Source of the DNA: Botryllus schlosseri
Taxonomy: Eukaryota
NCBI GenBank assembly: GCA_051294905.1
Contig: CM119371.1
Coordinates: forward strand, 682,001 to 744,000
Direction of reading: 5' to 3'
DNA: 62,000 nucleotides
Numbering within the stretch: the stretch's first letter is position 1; each line of letters starts with the position of its first letter. The position numbers and the translations under genes are program-made. This document shows positions 38,001 to 51,163 of the stretch, one piece after another. The notes below the pieces were generated by a model. It saw only the letters and a program-made list of their open reading frames with translations, was not told the DNA's origin and made no database searches.

Positions 38001-40539
38001 TTGCGTCAAAAGTAATACAGTGGTATCACAGATATTTGAATTATATTCATTCTGTAGCCTGTATATATATTCCTAACGTAACTTACGTAAAACGGATTTG
38101 CAGTATTTTTTCGCATCTGTGAATAACTGAATGTCCATTGTCCATTGTCCATTCGGCCAAACAGAGTTTGCACTTTTTCGGCTTCTCGGAATTTGGCAAG
38201 GTCACCGACGTGGTGCTTATGGGGACTAGAGTGAAAACTCAACACGGTAGTTGTATTACTACAATATGATATATTTACATTATCTAAATTTGCTGTCTTG
38301 AGTGAATCTTATTACTTGGAAGTATATTTTTCTTACTAGGAATATCTCTAACAGCTGAAGGATTGCGCGAAAATTGGTAGGGACCAAATACATTCTGTGG
38401 ACCCAGTTCTACCATTACAAGTAAGGAAAGGCTGGTGTGTGCTCGCTTTTAGAAGCGCATAGAAAAAGTATCAACAACGCCACGCATCTCTTGAGCCCTA
38501 CGCAACAAGCGGGCTAAGGCAATCGATATCATAATAATCTGACATATCCATCATCATCATTGGTTTATTAGCAATTTTATCAGTTCAATACACCACAAAA
38601 AATGCGATACAATGAAAGAAAGGAAGATGTCGAAGCGACTAAGTTGTCTATGGAATCTGACACCCACCTTGGCCTAGGCGATGTAAAGAGGAGGCATGCA
38701 ACTGAATGAAGTAAAGAAGATAGTATAGAAAAAGAAAGCGACAAGAAATAGGGCGGCATGTCATTTAGACGTAGCCTACATATCTCTATCAGCTGAAGGA
38801 TATTGCGCGAAAATTGGTAGGGCCCTAATACATTCTGTGGACCCAGTTTTACCCTTACAAGTCAAGGAAAGGCTGGTGTGTGCTCGCTTGTACCGAAACG
38901 CATAGAAAAAGTGTCAACAGCGCAGCGTTTCTCTGTGGCGCGTTTGCACATCGCTATTGCCGCGACGTCAGCTGATCCCACTCTCGCCGCTCGGCCGCAT
39001 CCTTGCTCTTGAGCTAGTCTCTCGTTCCGCCAGACAGCATTGTTGCGTCACACTGCCAATCTACTCGACAATGAATAATTGGGGGCTGATTGTGGGGGTT
39101 CCAGGGCCGCGAGCGGAATAAAATTTATATTTTCGTAATCAGTGCAGAGTCAGCTTTCGATTGATACCCGATTCATCAAATTTAATGCTCGGCAAGCCGG
39201 TCAAAAATCACCGTCAAATTGCCTGTAGCCAAATGGAAACTGTGACGTGATACAATTTCATTGAACCGTGCGATTTGCTTGTGTCGACACCATATAGGAC
39301 ACTATGGTTTCATGGCGATGCCGAACTTAATTTACTGAAACCTGTGATGTGATCGTCGATTTCAGTGGTGTTAGTGGTAGTTAGTTCGAACTAACTGGCC
39401 TTCCGTCGTCATTTTAATATAATGGCTGAAGCACCGTCGACGTCAAGTGGGTTACCCACAAAGACGCGGAAAAAGAGTGACGTGTGGAAGGATTTCACTC
39501 TGATGCTGCATGAAAATAACGGCCAGTATACTGGGTTTGCTAGATGTCAAAATTGCAATGTTCAGCTAAAGCATCACAAGTCGACAAGTGGTACGTCGCA
39601 TCTTCGAAGACATAGCGAAGCGTGTAAGAAGAATTGATCGCAGTTGAAGAAAGTTCCTTTCTTTCTTCCAACAAAAAAGTAAGCGAGAAATCAAAGAAGG
39701 TGATCATGGGGAACACTGATCGTCGGGTGGAGAATACCGAAGAAGTGCCGGTTTGCCGTGGTGTTGTGCAGACGACGTTTTGCCATCCAGATTTACGGTG
39801 AAACGTAAGTTGGATGAGAAGGCGTCATCTTTGAAGCAGAAGCTGTCAGAGGAACTAAGAGTTGCTATCAAGTCCTATGAGCTGGCTGGCATCACCACAG
39901 ATATGTGGACCGATCTAAAGGGTCGCAGTTCTATTAGCTTGACTGTCCATTTTGTTGGAGAGAACTTGACTCTCAGAAGTAATGTTGCGACTGTTCGGCA
40001 ATTCATGGATACTAAAAAAACTGGTCTGAATATCAGGCAGGCTATCGAAAACATCGATTGGGATTCTTCGACAATGGTTTTGAATAACTTCCTCTACCGA
40101 TATGGATGTTTCGGAGACTGGACAAGATTCTTCGGGTTATCTCGGAGTCTGGGATTGAGATCCCCGGAGTCGGAGGGACTTTGCCTCAGAGACCAAAGTT
40201 GTCGGAGGGACTCGGAGTCTCGAAAAGCCGACTCCGCTCATCACTGATTCTTACTTTGATCTCCCTGATGTTTCATGCACTTCCAGTTGTGCCAGGGTAG
40301 CTCTGCATAACTGAATACCATCTAGCAAATGGCTGATAAATATATACAATACCACACATGACTGTTTGGAGTTTATAATTTATTCAACAGATGAGACATT
40401 GAAGGATTGCATGCCTAAACATAAGTAGCAGTCAACAATGCCGCAAGACTGGTGGTGATATAGGGTACTGTTGTATACCTCAACTGTGGGAGGCATGGCC
40501 ATCAAACTGTCCTTCTTGTAATAACATTTCTTGACGACA
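32093..40539 (-). CDS. Three candidate exons (40479-40539, 40255-40321, 32093-32167) flanking the hAT insertion; possibly death-fold-like
   Basis: Canonical AG/GT sites; phases 2-0, 0-1, 1-1 give VVKKCYYKKDSLMAMPPTVE-MVFSYAELPWHNWKCMKHQGDQ-ILEVLHHWILRSAYTVRGVVWLGTG. The frame is not unique. Confidence 0.4.
33322..36449. mobile_element. Foldback (MULE-related) element with modular minisatellite TIRs
   Basis: Inverted arms 33322-33787 and about 36114-36449 built of GCTGTATCA (9 bp) and CCCTGTGGATATAAA (15 bp); GGCCC/GGGCC ends; perfect 9-bp TSD CTAAATAAC (33313-33321, 36450-36458). Confidence 0.92.
36789..39306. mobile_element. P/Galileo-like long-TIR non-autonomous element (2518 bp)
   Basis: About 810-bp near-identical TIRs (36789-37601, 38494-39306); same termini as 25084-25699; perfect 7-bp TSD GTTTCAT (36782-36788, 39307-39313). 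Confidence 0.92.
39422..40060 (+). pseudogene. hAT transposase 5' remnant (BED zinc finger + start of catalytic domain)
   Basis: SDVWKDF...ARCQNC...GTSHLRRHSEAC (zf-BED); LPSRFTV, ITTDMWT (first catalytic Asp), SLTVHF, TGLNI; interrupted by a stop at 39637 and truncated. Confidence 0.9.
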
Positions 40540-40786
40540 CTGCATATTTGTAATGTGATGTCAATCTTTAGCATCGCAGAGAGACAGTAAGCAGTGTGGA
40601 TAGGGCATGTTAGTCGAATCTGAAAATATACCAGATTATAAACTATTTAAAGACACTGGCGCTGAATTACAATTTGGCTATTGTAAGGCAAGTGTTTGTC
40701 CAGATTCACTAAAACTACATTGTATGCTTCATGCCACCAATTTTGAAGTTGCAAACATTGTGAAACCATAGCAATTTACAACGTAG

Positions 40787-41847
40787 TACCAAAATTTTTA
40801 AAAAAGAGGATAAATTCTCAAACAGAGGTCATTTGAGCTTGCTAAAACGTTGCACACCAAATTCGATTCAATTCCAACCTGTAGAAGCCGAGGTCACTCC
40901 AATTGAAATTTCGTTCATGTTTGAAATAATAGTATTTACGGTGACCAATTTTGTCACACAGACATGATCAAAAATCGTGTTCCAGATATGCCCGGAGTGG
41001 CCGAGATGTCTTTTTCACTTGTTTTGATCTTGATACAAACCTAGGGTGGCGTTTGGATTAAGACATCGCCAGTAATTGAAAAAAATATATGACACGGACT
41101 ACCTGGAAATTGGTGCACTTCATTGAAATAGACATGTCAAAACGATGGTGAGATAATTTTCAAATAGAGTAGGCCTACTTTACACACCAAAATTAACGAC
41201 CACGAAAAGAAATAGAACTGACAAGCAGGTAAAATTCAGGTAAATATATTTCTCAAGTGATCCATATTCTTGGTCGGTCCAATGTAAATTTCCGCACGAT
41301 ACAATTTGATATTATATGATATTTTATTATTTGCTCTGCACCACTCCTACAGTACTATCACAGGCAAATTATAATACTTATGGTCATCATGACAGATCTT
41401 TTCCTATCGAAAGTTATCGTCCTCTATTCATGTCATCCTACTTCATATTCGGTTACTATAATCTAATTGTATCCATATATCGTGGTAAGCACCATTGCCT
41501 TATATAACTCTATGACAAGGGGGTCCTGGTGATATTGAAAGACCATATATTTTTTTCGTTCACTGGCAATGTCTTCATTCGAAACCCACCCTGGGACCCT
41601 GTCAAGATCAAAACAAGGGAAACGACATCCCTGCCACTTCGGGCATACCCGAAACACGATTTTTGGTCATGTCGGTGTGATGAAATTGGTCACCGTAAAT
41701 ACTATTATTTCAAACATGAACGAAATTTCAATTGGAGTGACCTCGGCTTCTACAGGTTGGAATTGAATCGAATTTGGTGTGCAACGTTTTAGCAAGCTCA
41801 AATGACCTCTGTTTGAGAATTTATCCTCTTTTTTAAAAATTTTGGTA
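40787..41847. mobile_element. Inverted-repeat MITE remnant
   Basis: 40787-41100 is the reverse complement of 41520-41847; shares AATTCCAACC subterminal motifs with the TAGGG MITEs. Confidence 0.75.
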
Positions 41848-44800
41848 AAATGTGTGTGAAAATTCAACTGAGAAATTTGAATTAAGTACTAAAGTAACGC
41901 TCCGGCAGGTCTTTCAGGAGTTGAGCCAGAAAGTTGACCTTCTTTTACTTAACCAACTACAAACTTGTAATAAATTTGCGAATTTTTCAAAATTTCACTC
42001 CTGTATTGCATGTCTGAATTTTTTTTAAAGGTGTCCTCTTTTCAGATTCTCAAAATATGGTCACCCTAATCGACACTCAATTCTGAGAAGGCGGAAAAGT
42101 GCTCAGTGAGTTCACAGTTTCATGCAAAAACGGACCACAACGTAAGTTATCTGCAGAAGTGAATAATATAATTATGACACCTAAATATAATTTAAATATC
42201 TGTGGTTTCACTCATTTTGCGCTTATGCGTCAACATCTTCTTGGCTTCCAGAGAAACCCGAATCACGGTGTAAAAATAATAAACCAAATTTCAACGTCTA
42301 CGTTTACGGTTAAATCGCTTGTATTCCTCACAACGCTTATACAGGATTGTCAGATTCCGACTAAAACAAAGCAAGCATAGCGATTCGCCAACATATATTG
42401 TCGGTCCGGCCATTCATCGTAATTTCGCCAATTCGGTTGTTTGCGTATAATGAAGGTATTGATGGAATAGAACCGTGATATTACGTGATTATTATAATGC
42501 GTATAAGCTTTATAATCAAGTATTCAAGTGAAAAACAAGGGCATGGATTTTAAGGAAATTTTTTGGAATCATTTGACTGGTCCGGCCCGCGAGTGCTCTG
42601 AAAGTTTGACTCTGACCCGCGACGCCAGTTGAATTTGACACCCCTGCTTTAGAATAACAAATTACAAGGAATCACGAACTCCACAACTGCGGTGGATATG
42701 TCGGCCATGGAATATAAGTTAATTCATCTGGAGGGGACTCGTACTGTGCGGAAGAACTCAATGATAAACGTGCAATGGTGGGAGAAGAACGTTCAATGTA
42801 TCCAATGTAACTAATACTGGATGATAAGTACTACCTTCTTTTGCTGACAAGCTTCTAACGTCTTCCTGAATTCATCTGCTTTATCAACGTAAAACATGGC
42901 ATGGATAGTGTCGAAAACGGAAATTGCTGTCCTGCTCTCCAAAATTCGGCTGTAATCCTGGACGGGTATCAGGCCATTCACGGCAATATCCAGGAGATCA
43001 AACTATAATGCAAAAATAGTTATTCCAAGACTTTAAGATAGCCGCCGAAGAGATGATTCTGTTCGAAGTCATATAAAATGATAGGTAAATATAAATGCGT
43101 TTAAAAATACTTTAGGAATAGAATCAGGAATCATACTTGATACTTTTTCCAGCAAGTCTCAATCAACGACTAATCGATGTTCTCTTCTTCTTCTGTGCAA
43201 TCGATCAGGATCTTGCTTATCTGAACACAATATTGGTTTCATTAGGTAAGATGAAGTAATTGCCTCAATGTTCTCTCGTTTGAATAAATATTCATATAGG
43301 TAAAGTTCAATACTGATTCATTAGAATTCTTCGATTCTCCATAATGCATACGCTACGTCGGTTTCAGTCTCATTCCAGAGTTTGATACCTTTTACAAATA
43401 TACTTATGAATATTTTATCCATTATACAAACGTATTATATAGAAGGTGGTGCTCAAACTAGTCACTGTCGGTACTCAAGTAGAAGTGAAAGTAGCGATAT
43501 ACAATTAAGTAAAACAAAATTATAGTAGGCCAAGTTTTGCGTAAAAATGAAAACTGCCAAATAGAAGTAGTATGAAATCTTAACCACTTGAGTATGTAGG
43601 ACAAGTAGGATATATCTACCTGAAGTACTACAACAAGTAGAAGTACTTCGTTACTGACCACCTCTAGATAAATGCTGTAAGGAACGCTGGATAGCTTATG
43701 TAGCGATGTCGCTTATGTGTATGCGAAGGATGAATTTTACCCGAACGGTAAAACACATTGGAAACTGCGTAAAAACTGGCACGGACAGAAGCATACCCTA
43801 TTTTAAATTTAATCTACCTGCTTTAGAAACCTAGATTTGGAGCAGGCATTGTTGCTTTTCACCTCAGACTACGCCAATGCTTCAGCGCACATTACGAGAT
43901 GATCAGTAACAATCTGCTTCTACTTCTTAAAAGTATGTGGTTGACATAACGATTTCACTTATGAAATTGATGCAAAATTATATATGAAAGGGGCACTGCA
44001 CTCTTAAAATGATGTGGTCTCAAATTGAAGGGAAAAACGAAAATAAAAATTTGGTCGCAGCCATTTTCTTCAGAACGCCACCGTAATGGAGCTGCAATTT
44101 ATTGAAATTTCCACAGGACCTTCACGCTCCAGCAGTCATGCAGAGATAGAACTTCATTTATTTGTCAGCCAATGGTATGAAGGAAATATGTCGTACACGT
44201 CAAGGTGGTTTAGATACAACGGAAGATACTCGCTCAGTCAGGGATTTGTCAAAATCGGGCCTAGTGTATTCTATTTCTTTAGGACAGAAATAAATCATGT
44301 CTAACAATTTTTTATGCATAACAATGTTTTATGCATAAGACTAGGACATGATTTTAGACTACTTTCACGCAAAATTACTTACTTTTCACGGATTGGATTT
44401 TGAGAAATAGAAAGTAGTTTTGTATTACGTTTGTATCACTGTGATGTGTGAAATCGTCTCAAGAAATCGCATTTGACATCGTGGTAACTGTTGAATCTAA
44501 TTTCCAATATTATACAAATTTGCAATCACTTTTAGTTACTCACATAGACTCATCTTGTAATTTACAAATTAACCGTCAGCGATAAATCACCAAACACTTA
44601 CGAGCTATCGATCAAAACTACTTTTCGAAACTCAAGTACTTACGAAGGTACTTTTCAAACTTGTCACTTTCTACCTCCACTTGAAGTAGTTTTAACACAT
44701 CGTGGACACGTCTATTTCTACATATAATTGCATATAAAATTAAAACGTTTCTTTACGATTAACAAGGCTGACTACTTTCATCACATCTACGTACAATCGA

Positions 44801-46212
44801 GACTCGATTCACAATACTAGAGATGCAAGTAGAGTAGAAATTGAGAATGGAAGTTTTTGTCGAACAATGATGAGTGGATTTGAAATTTCAAAATACAAAT
44901 CCTCATCAAATCCAGAATTAATTTTGTCTCAACTCCAAGTCCAAATCCAATAACGGCTGAAATTTGTCCAAAAAACGTATCATGTATATTGAATAATATC
45001 ATGAAATATTTTACAATAATATTATAGGAAATGTATCTAATACCTTGTTGAATTTAAACTCAGATAATTTCCGCAAATCCTCCTGCTTGGCCATCAGTTG
45101 TATTTGTTCTTTAAATTTGATAAATTCAGCATCAAAAAGTATTCCAAGAGATGCAACGTCTGCTGCGGCAGTAACCCGGTTCAAAGACAGATTGGAATCC
45201 TGAAAAAGTAAAATGTCAGTTACGTCGCAATCTGCACCAATAAGAAACACTCAGAGGCACGATCATACATGAGAAGATTATTGTTACTACTGAAGGCTAG
45301 TGCAGGTGAAGCGATGGCTATGATGATTGTCCGTTGTAAAATGTGATGTGAAAGAAACATAATCCTTATATTTTTGAAAGATGTAATGTCACATTCGAAT
45401 GGACTTGATAATCAAAGTACAGTGCCGACAATTTTTTGGTATAAATTTATCATGAAAAACTATTCACTTATAAAATCAGCACAAGTTTTTAGCTTACTAT
45501 TCTCAACAAAATCATCTCGTATTCATGATGCTCATGATGACGTCATAATCTACATCCTGGCTATACTACACCGCAAGGTCATCATTATAGGCTACATGCC
45601 TAGTGTAGTAGACAGCTCCGTACAGTAAAGTCAGTGAAATGAGCGAAACTTCATTCCAATCATTAGTATGGACTCGTTATCAAATTTGAATCATCTTGAT
45701 AACCAACCTTCATGTGACCTTCAATCCAGCCACCACTTATCTTGATGGCATCTTCTTCGTTCTTCAATTCAGCATTCCACCCATCTACATACAGCTTGAC
45801 AACCTGAATATTATACAGATGTGAAACTTGATATTGCGTATAGTATCGATCATCCAGCATCCATCGTGACGTCATATCTTATATACAGTGACGATCGCAG
45901 CATCACAGATCATCATGTGCTATACTTCATTGACACGGTTCACTGATTTCAGTGACATTGTTGCCGGTGGTGGCATTTTGCTACTTTAGTGGCTCGATAG
46001 CTTCAAAAATACCTGTAATCAAATCGTAAGCACCCGGAACCGTATTCCTGCATTGACACGAATTCATGAGCCAATTTCGTCTTTTTAATCGTAACGCTAA
46101 AATGGACAGTTTCCAGTTGTGAGCATGTAAATCAGAATTACTCCATGGACATCATAGTGAGTCCTATATTACAAGGGAAATAAAACACTGCAGTCAAAAA
46201 CGGTGTTATAAT

Positions 46213-46734
46213 TAGGGCTGAGCACAATTATTCGAGAGCTCAAATCTGAATTGAATATCAATTTTAATGATTCAGGCTGAGTAGTAAAAGTCGTTTCTCA
46301 AGTATAGAAATTGTGCGTTCGTCGACACTGAAAGTTCCTTTATTGACAAAAATTGTGGTTTTGACAGTATTTTTCACTTTTGAAGCCTTGAAATCACGAT
46401 TGGTCGCATAGCAGCATATCAAACATATTGCACAAAGTTACGAACATTACTGGAAGAACAAATTTTCAAAGTCATGATCATGGCCTGAAATTGCAACAAA
46501 CTGCAATGAAATTGGTACGTTCAAAAAACTACCGAATAATCTTTTTTGTGATACATAACAACAGTCATTATATTATTTGAGGTGACATAAAAGGTTCATA
46601 TTTGAACTTTGACATATTATATTCTGTTATGACGTCATAACATAACGAGTGATACTCGAATAGTCGACTCGACTCCAAGCTTTATATGTGATTTAGAATT
46701 AAATCACTCAGATACTCGATTTTTCCCAGCCCTA
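46213..46734. mobile_element. hAT MITE, TAGGGCTG termini
   Basis: TAGGGCTG/CAGCCCTA; perfect TSD GTTATAAT (46205-46212, 46735-46742). Confidence 0.85.
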
Positions 46735-47226
46735 GTTATAATCAGTGAACAATTTCGCCATGCAATGTCAAAATCATTGTGTTGGCCTGAAAATCAGATG
46801 TACACTTTGTTGATTAGGAGTAATAACATTCTGTTGCGCACTAATTCACGTCGACATGCACACTTTTGAATTCTGACGATGCTGACAATGGTAGGACTAC
46901 TTTTTATTTACGCAGTGCATTTTGTAGGGGCACGTTTGCTTACGCAAATGTGACATATTTTTTCAAAATATTGATGCCAGACTGGCTGGTATCGATCACA
47001 CCAATATCAAATTTCAATACATTGCATTCATTGTCAATGTAGCAGAAAGTTGATTTTTGTTGATGAGGTCGTGAAATTAGCTCAGCGCTCTTATTGCAGC
47101 CACTACTTTACATAATCCCGCATTTCACAAAATTCGATTACATAGCTCGATATTAATGGCGCAGTGCGGATATTAAAACATCATATCGGTGGGTAAATGC
47201 ACCACGCCTTCTGGATGAGAGCAGAG

Positions 47227-48051
47227 TGGGACTGTTAAAAAAAATTCTTCCAAATTCACTGGCTATGTGATAAAATTGTTAGGTTGGCTGAAACAACGCT
47301 GTAAACCAAATTTGGCTTCGAGTCCAACCAGTAGAAGAAAGATTATTGCTGCAAAAAGTTTTGAATTTATAATTAAAAAAAAATCAAGTTTTTCTTTCAA
47401 CCCCATAAAATCTGTAGTATCAAATTTGGATCAATTCTAACCGCTAGGAGCGAAGTTATTGCCGTAGTAAAATTTCCAATTCCATGATTGTATAGGAAAT
47501 AATTATAGCTTTCAATACAACATCCATTGTAGTACAATATTTAAACTCAAATACTTTTCGGCACAGTAAAGGGATTAGAAGCAAAACCGAATCTGATTAA
47601 CTCCATTCAGTGTGCAGTTTACTCTTGAAAGAGGCACTAAAAAAGTCTTCGAGTTTAATAAATATTCTACTACAATGGATTTTGTATTGAAAGCTATATT
47701 CAAGTTCTGTACCACGGATCAGCTATTTGAATAAATAAATATAGAGTTAGCCACCGTAAAATTATTTTATTCGAATCCTAATTTTTTCTACCGCAATAAC
47801 TTCGCTTCTAGTGGTTGGAATTGAACCACATTCGGTGTGCATCGTCTGTACTGACAGCCCAACAATTTTACGTTGTTGACAAAAAAAATTTAAAATTTAC
47901 TATTTTAATGATAAATCCAAAATTTTCTACTGCAAGAATATCGCTTCTACTGGTTGCAATTGACCCAAAGTTGGCGTGCAGCGTTGTTTTCGCCAACCTA
48001 ACAATTTTATAACATAGCCGAAGAAATCTGAAGGTTTTTTGAACAGCCCCA
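47227..48051. mobile_element. Degenerate palindromic TAGGGCTGTTC-family MITE
   Basis: GGGACTGTTAAAAAAA / TTTTTTGAACAGCCCC ends with inverted arms homologous to 20426-21039 and 51164-51827. Confidence 0.7.
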
Positions 48052-49591
48052 ATGCAGACAATGTATGTATAATGCATTCTATCACGACCATGGCGTCACC
48101 AATCACGTGCGATTGTCGCGTCACAAGTCTCCGCATACACACATTTAATCATAGTGGCTTGTTAAGTACACAACTAAATCATAGAATGGATCTCACTTCC
48201 CAATCCAATTTTCCAGATAGCGATTCAATCCGACGATGTCCGAGAAGTTAACGCAGTGCTGTTGCTGAGAACTTATTGTCACGCAAATTCACTTTCTTCA
48301 CCTGGAATGATGGATGAAATATGATTACAATGTCTGCCAATATCATGTCAAAATATCAGAGCTTTGCACTTACTTATTCAGGATATATTAAGGAAGCTGA
48401 ATATGTTCAACATCATTGCGATCCCCATAATAAAGGCAAACGACCCTAGGTTTAGAGCCACCTTCTTTTACTAATTCATTCAAACGGCTTCAATCAATAC
48501 ACCGTAGTCTATAATTGAGATTACGATTTGATTTCAGTGAATGATGGCTAATTTTATTCACTTTCGATTTCATTTTTGCGAGCGAGGCGGCCACAGCAGG
48601 ATCAACCACAATTTTGAATTGAGCTGCATGTAATTATATAAATTTTTTCATGTTATTTTAATTGTCATTGCAGGATTTCTATTCTGTGTGATTGTAATTT
48701 GATAAAACTTTTACTAATTACAATTTCAATTGCATTGTTATTAAAACCTGACAATCACAACATAAAATACTTAGCCTATTAACATGGGTGTTCTATGCGT
48801 ACCTCGTTAACTAATTCAGCCATACTAAACTGTTTCCGATAGGCCAACTTCAGCTCCAACAGAAAACTTGGTGAATTACAATATAGGCTATTGAACAAAA
48901 TCTCGCTCTTTCATAAATGGACGAAAAGCAAATAAAACTCTCCTGTAACCTGTGCTGAACCATTTCCTACACCACAGTCAGTGTTTTTTTTTTTAATCTC
49001 TTTCCAGTACTGAGGCTTGCTGCAGCAATTCCTAAAAAAATCAAGTTTTCAAACAAGACTTCATCACGCTAGATCACACATTTCTAGAGATGTTATCCCA
49101 GTGTTATCTTCTATATTAGCTTAATTTACTGGGGCCAGAACCTTTCCGCATCCTAATGTTCATCAAATGCAGTCGAACAGTTTTGAGCAAGTGAAAATGA
49201 AACTGCAAACCAAAAGTTTGTAATTGATAGATATCAGGAGCTTATTACTCAGCTCTGAGTATTCGTTTGAGTACAATTCATTGACTGCCTTGTATCCTAT
49301 TCACTATTAGTCGTTGCCAGTCGCTCGAATTTTTGATTGTTAGTAGTCGCTTATAAATATTTTCTTTTTTTATATTTTTCAGAGTTCATGACTAGGAATA
49401 CTTTTAATACGTTCAATTTTTTTTCTAATCAAAGGGTATTCTATGTAGTACGAATCATGAATGAAACATGAATAGCTTGAGATTGTTGCTTAATACGTCG
49501 CTACATTTGTCAAAGAGCACCTCTCAACCGTAGCCTAATTGTAATTATAATTGTACTTACTTACATGTTTAACAGTAATTGTAATTGTAGT

Positions 49592-50128
49592 CAGGGTTCT
49601 AAAGACTCGGGTCACGATTTCCTGATGACTCGACTTGACTCGAATAATTTTTGCAAAATTCCGAAGAGACTCGACTCAACTCGAGTCAATTTGTGTATTG
49701 ACTCGACTTGGACTCGAGTCATTACCCATGACTCGAACCAAGTCATATGACTCGAGACTCAAACGGCCAAGATCGACATTTTCATTGTAATCTCAAAGAA
49801 TAGTAAAGTGACAACACTATTTGGATTTCGTCTATTGGAAATGGTACTTAAAGATGCGACCAGAAATTGCTACAAATGAGGAAAATTTTTATATTAACAT
49901 GCGAGCCATTCGATATCAACAACGGGGTTACCAAGACTTTAACTGGCAGCGGAGCCGTCGACACAATGACTTGGACTCGAGTCATAACACCATGACTCGG
50001 ACTCTACCCTCTTGTCGCTGACTTGGACTCGGACGTGAGTTGAAAATGACTCGACTTGACTCGAGTCAAAACTATGAAAATGAGATTAACTTGTTACTCG
50101 GATCCTTCGTGACTAGGTTACAACCCTG
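49592..50128 (-). mobile_element. hAT MITE, CAGGGTTGTAA family
   Basis: Perfect TSD ATTGTAGT (49584-49591, 50129-50136); reverse-orientation copy of 59261-59845. Confidence 0.9.
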
Positions 50129-51163
50129 ATTGTAGTTGTAATTTGATATTTTTAGCATAGAGTAATCTTAATCATAATGTAATTAAAACATGCAAAAAAG
50201 TAATTGTAATTTAATTGAATCAAAGTAATTGATTCAACTCTGTAGGTGGCCTTATATTCAAATTATTACACAGTGTACTAAGGAAAAAATTTCAGTAGCA
50301 TAAATCTGCTATTATTGTTTATGTTTATTTGGAAAAGATTTTGAGCCTACTTCAAGCCTTCAAAATTGCGGACTTAGAGCCATATATTAGAATTTCCTTC
50401 CGAACGCAACTTTAACAGTGAAGTTCCGAACATGTCCGGGAAAATCCGGACGTATGGCAATCCGAATGTATACCTCAATCCACAATCGCGGCAATACACG
50501 TTCTACTGTTCGGGAACATGTCCCATATTCGAAATAACTTGAAAATTTTGGACAATCATCCGTGCGCACTTTTTTCAACAAAAGCAATGTTATTGTGATA
50601 CGACGATGCGTTCAGAAAATATCCACACAGCACTGTGATGATCTAAATCAGTGGTGTCGAAGAAAACGAATGTTGAGTAATATTGATAGGCCAAATTATA
50701 CCCACTCTAGTGGCAAAATGTGCGCAGAGTCTACAGGTTTACGTTAAATGTATCGCTATGTAGTTTTTCATAGAAGCGAAAACGCAATGCAAAACTGTTA
50801 TATTCAGGTCTCACGGAGAATAAAAAGTGACAAAATATGGTGTTAATATTTGTTTTCGCAGCGCAGTTTATAGTTAAATCTATCTTATTCCTCACAACAT
50901 ATAGTCACTACAGTTTTCACGACTCCGACTCCATCGCGAGAAAATTAGCCAAACTACGACTCCGACTTCACAGCCCTGGTTACAACCCTGTCATAATCCC
51001 AACTCTAATTATCCCATAATCCATTTTATATCGACTTTATTTTGATTATAGACATAGCATACAATTAACGTAGGCTAGCCAGGATGAACAGATGAACACT
51101 AAACTAGCCTTCAAAGAAAAAATGTTTAATTACTAATTCCAAGCAACTTTTCGCCGTCCGCAT

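Larger units (their letters stand above)
32244..40246 (+). mobile_element. Internally deleted hAT transposon with two nested insertions
   Basis: TIR CAGTGATGAGC/GCTCATCACTG; CGGAG subterminal repeats at both ends; perfect TSD ATTCTTAC (32236-32243, 40247-40254); transposase remnant inside. Confidence 0.93.

Noticed and set aside
40060..40247. C-terminal part of ORF 39753-40247 as transposase
   Set aside because: After the internal deletion the frame reads through the non-coding subterminal CGGAG repeats.
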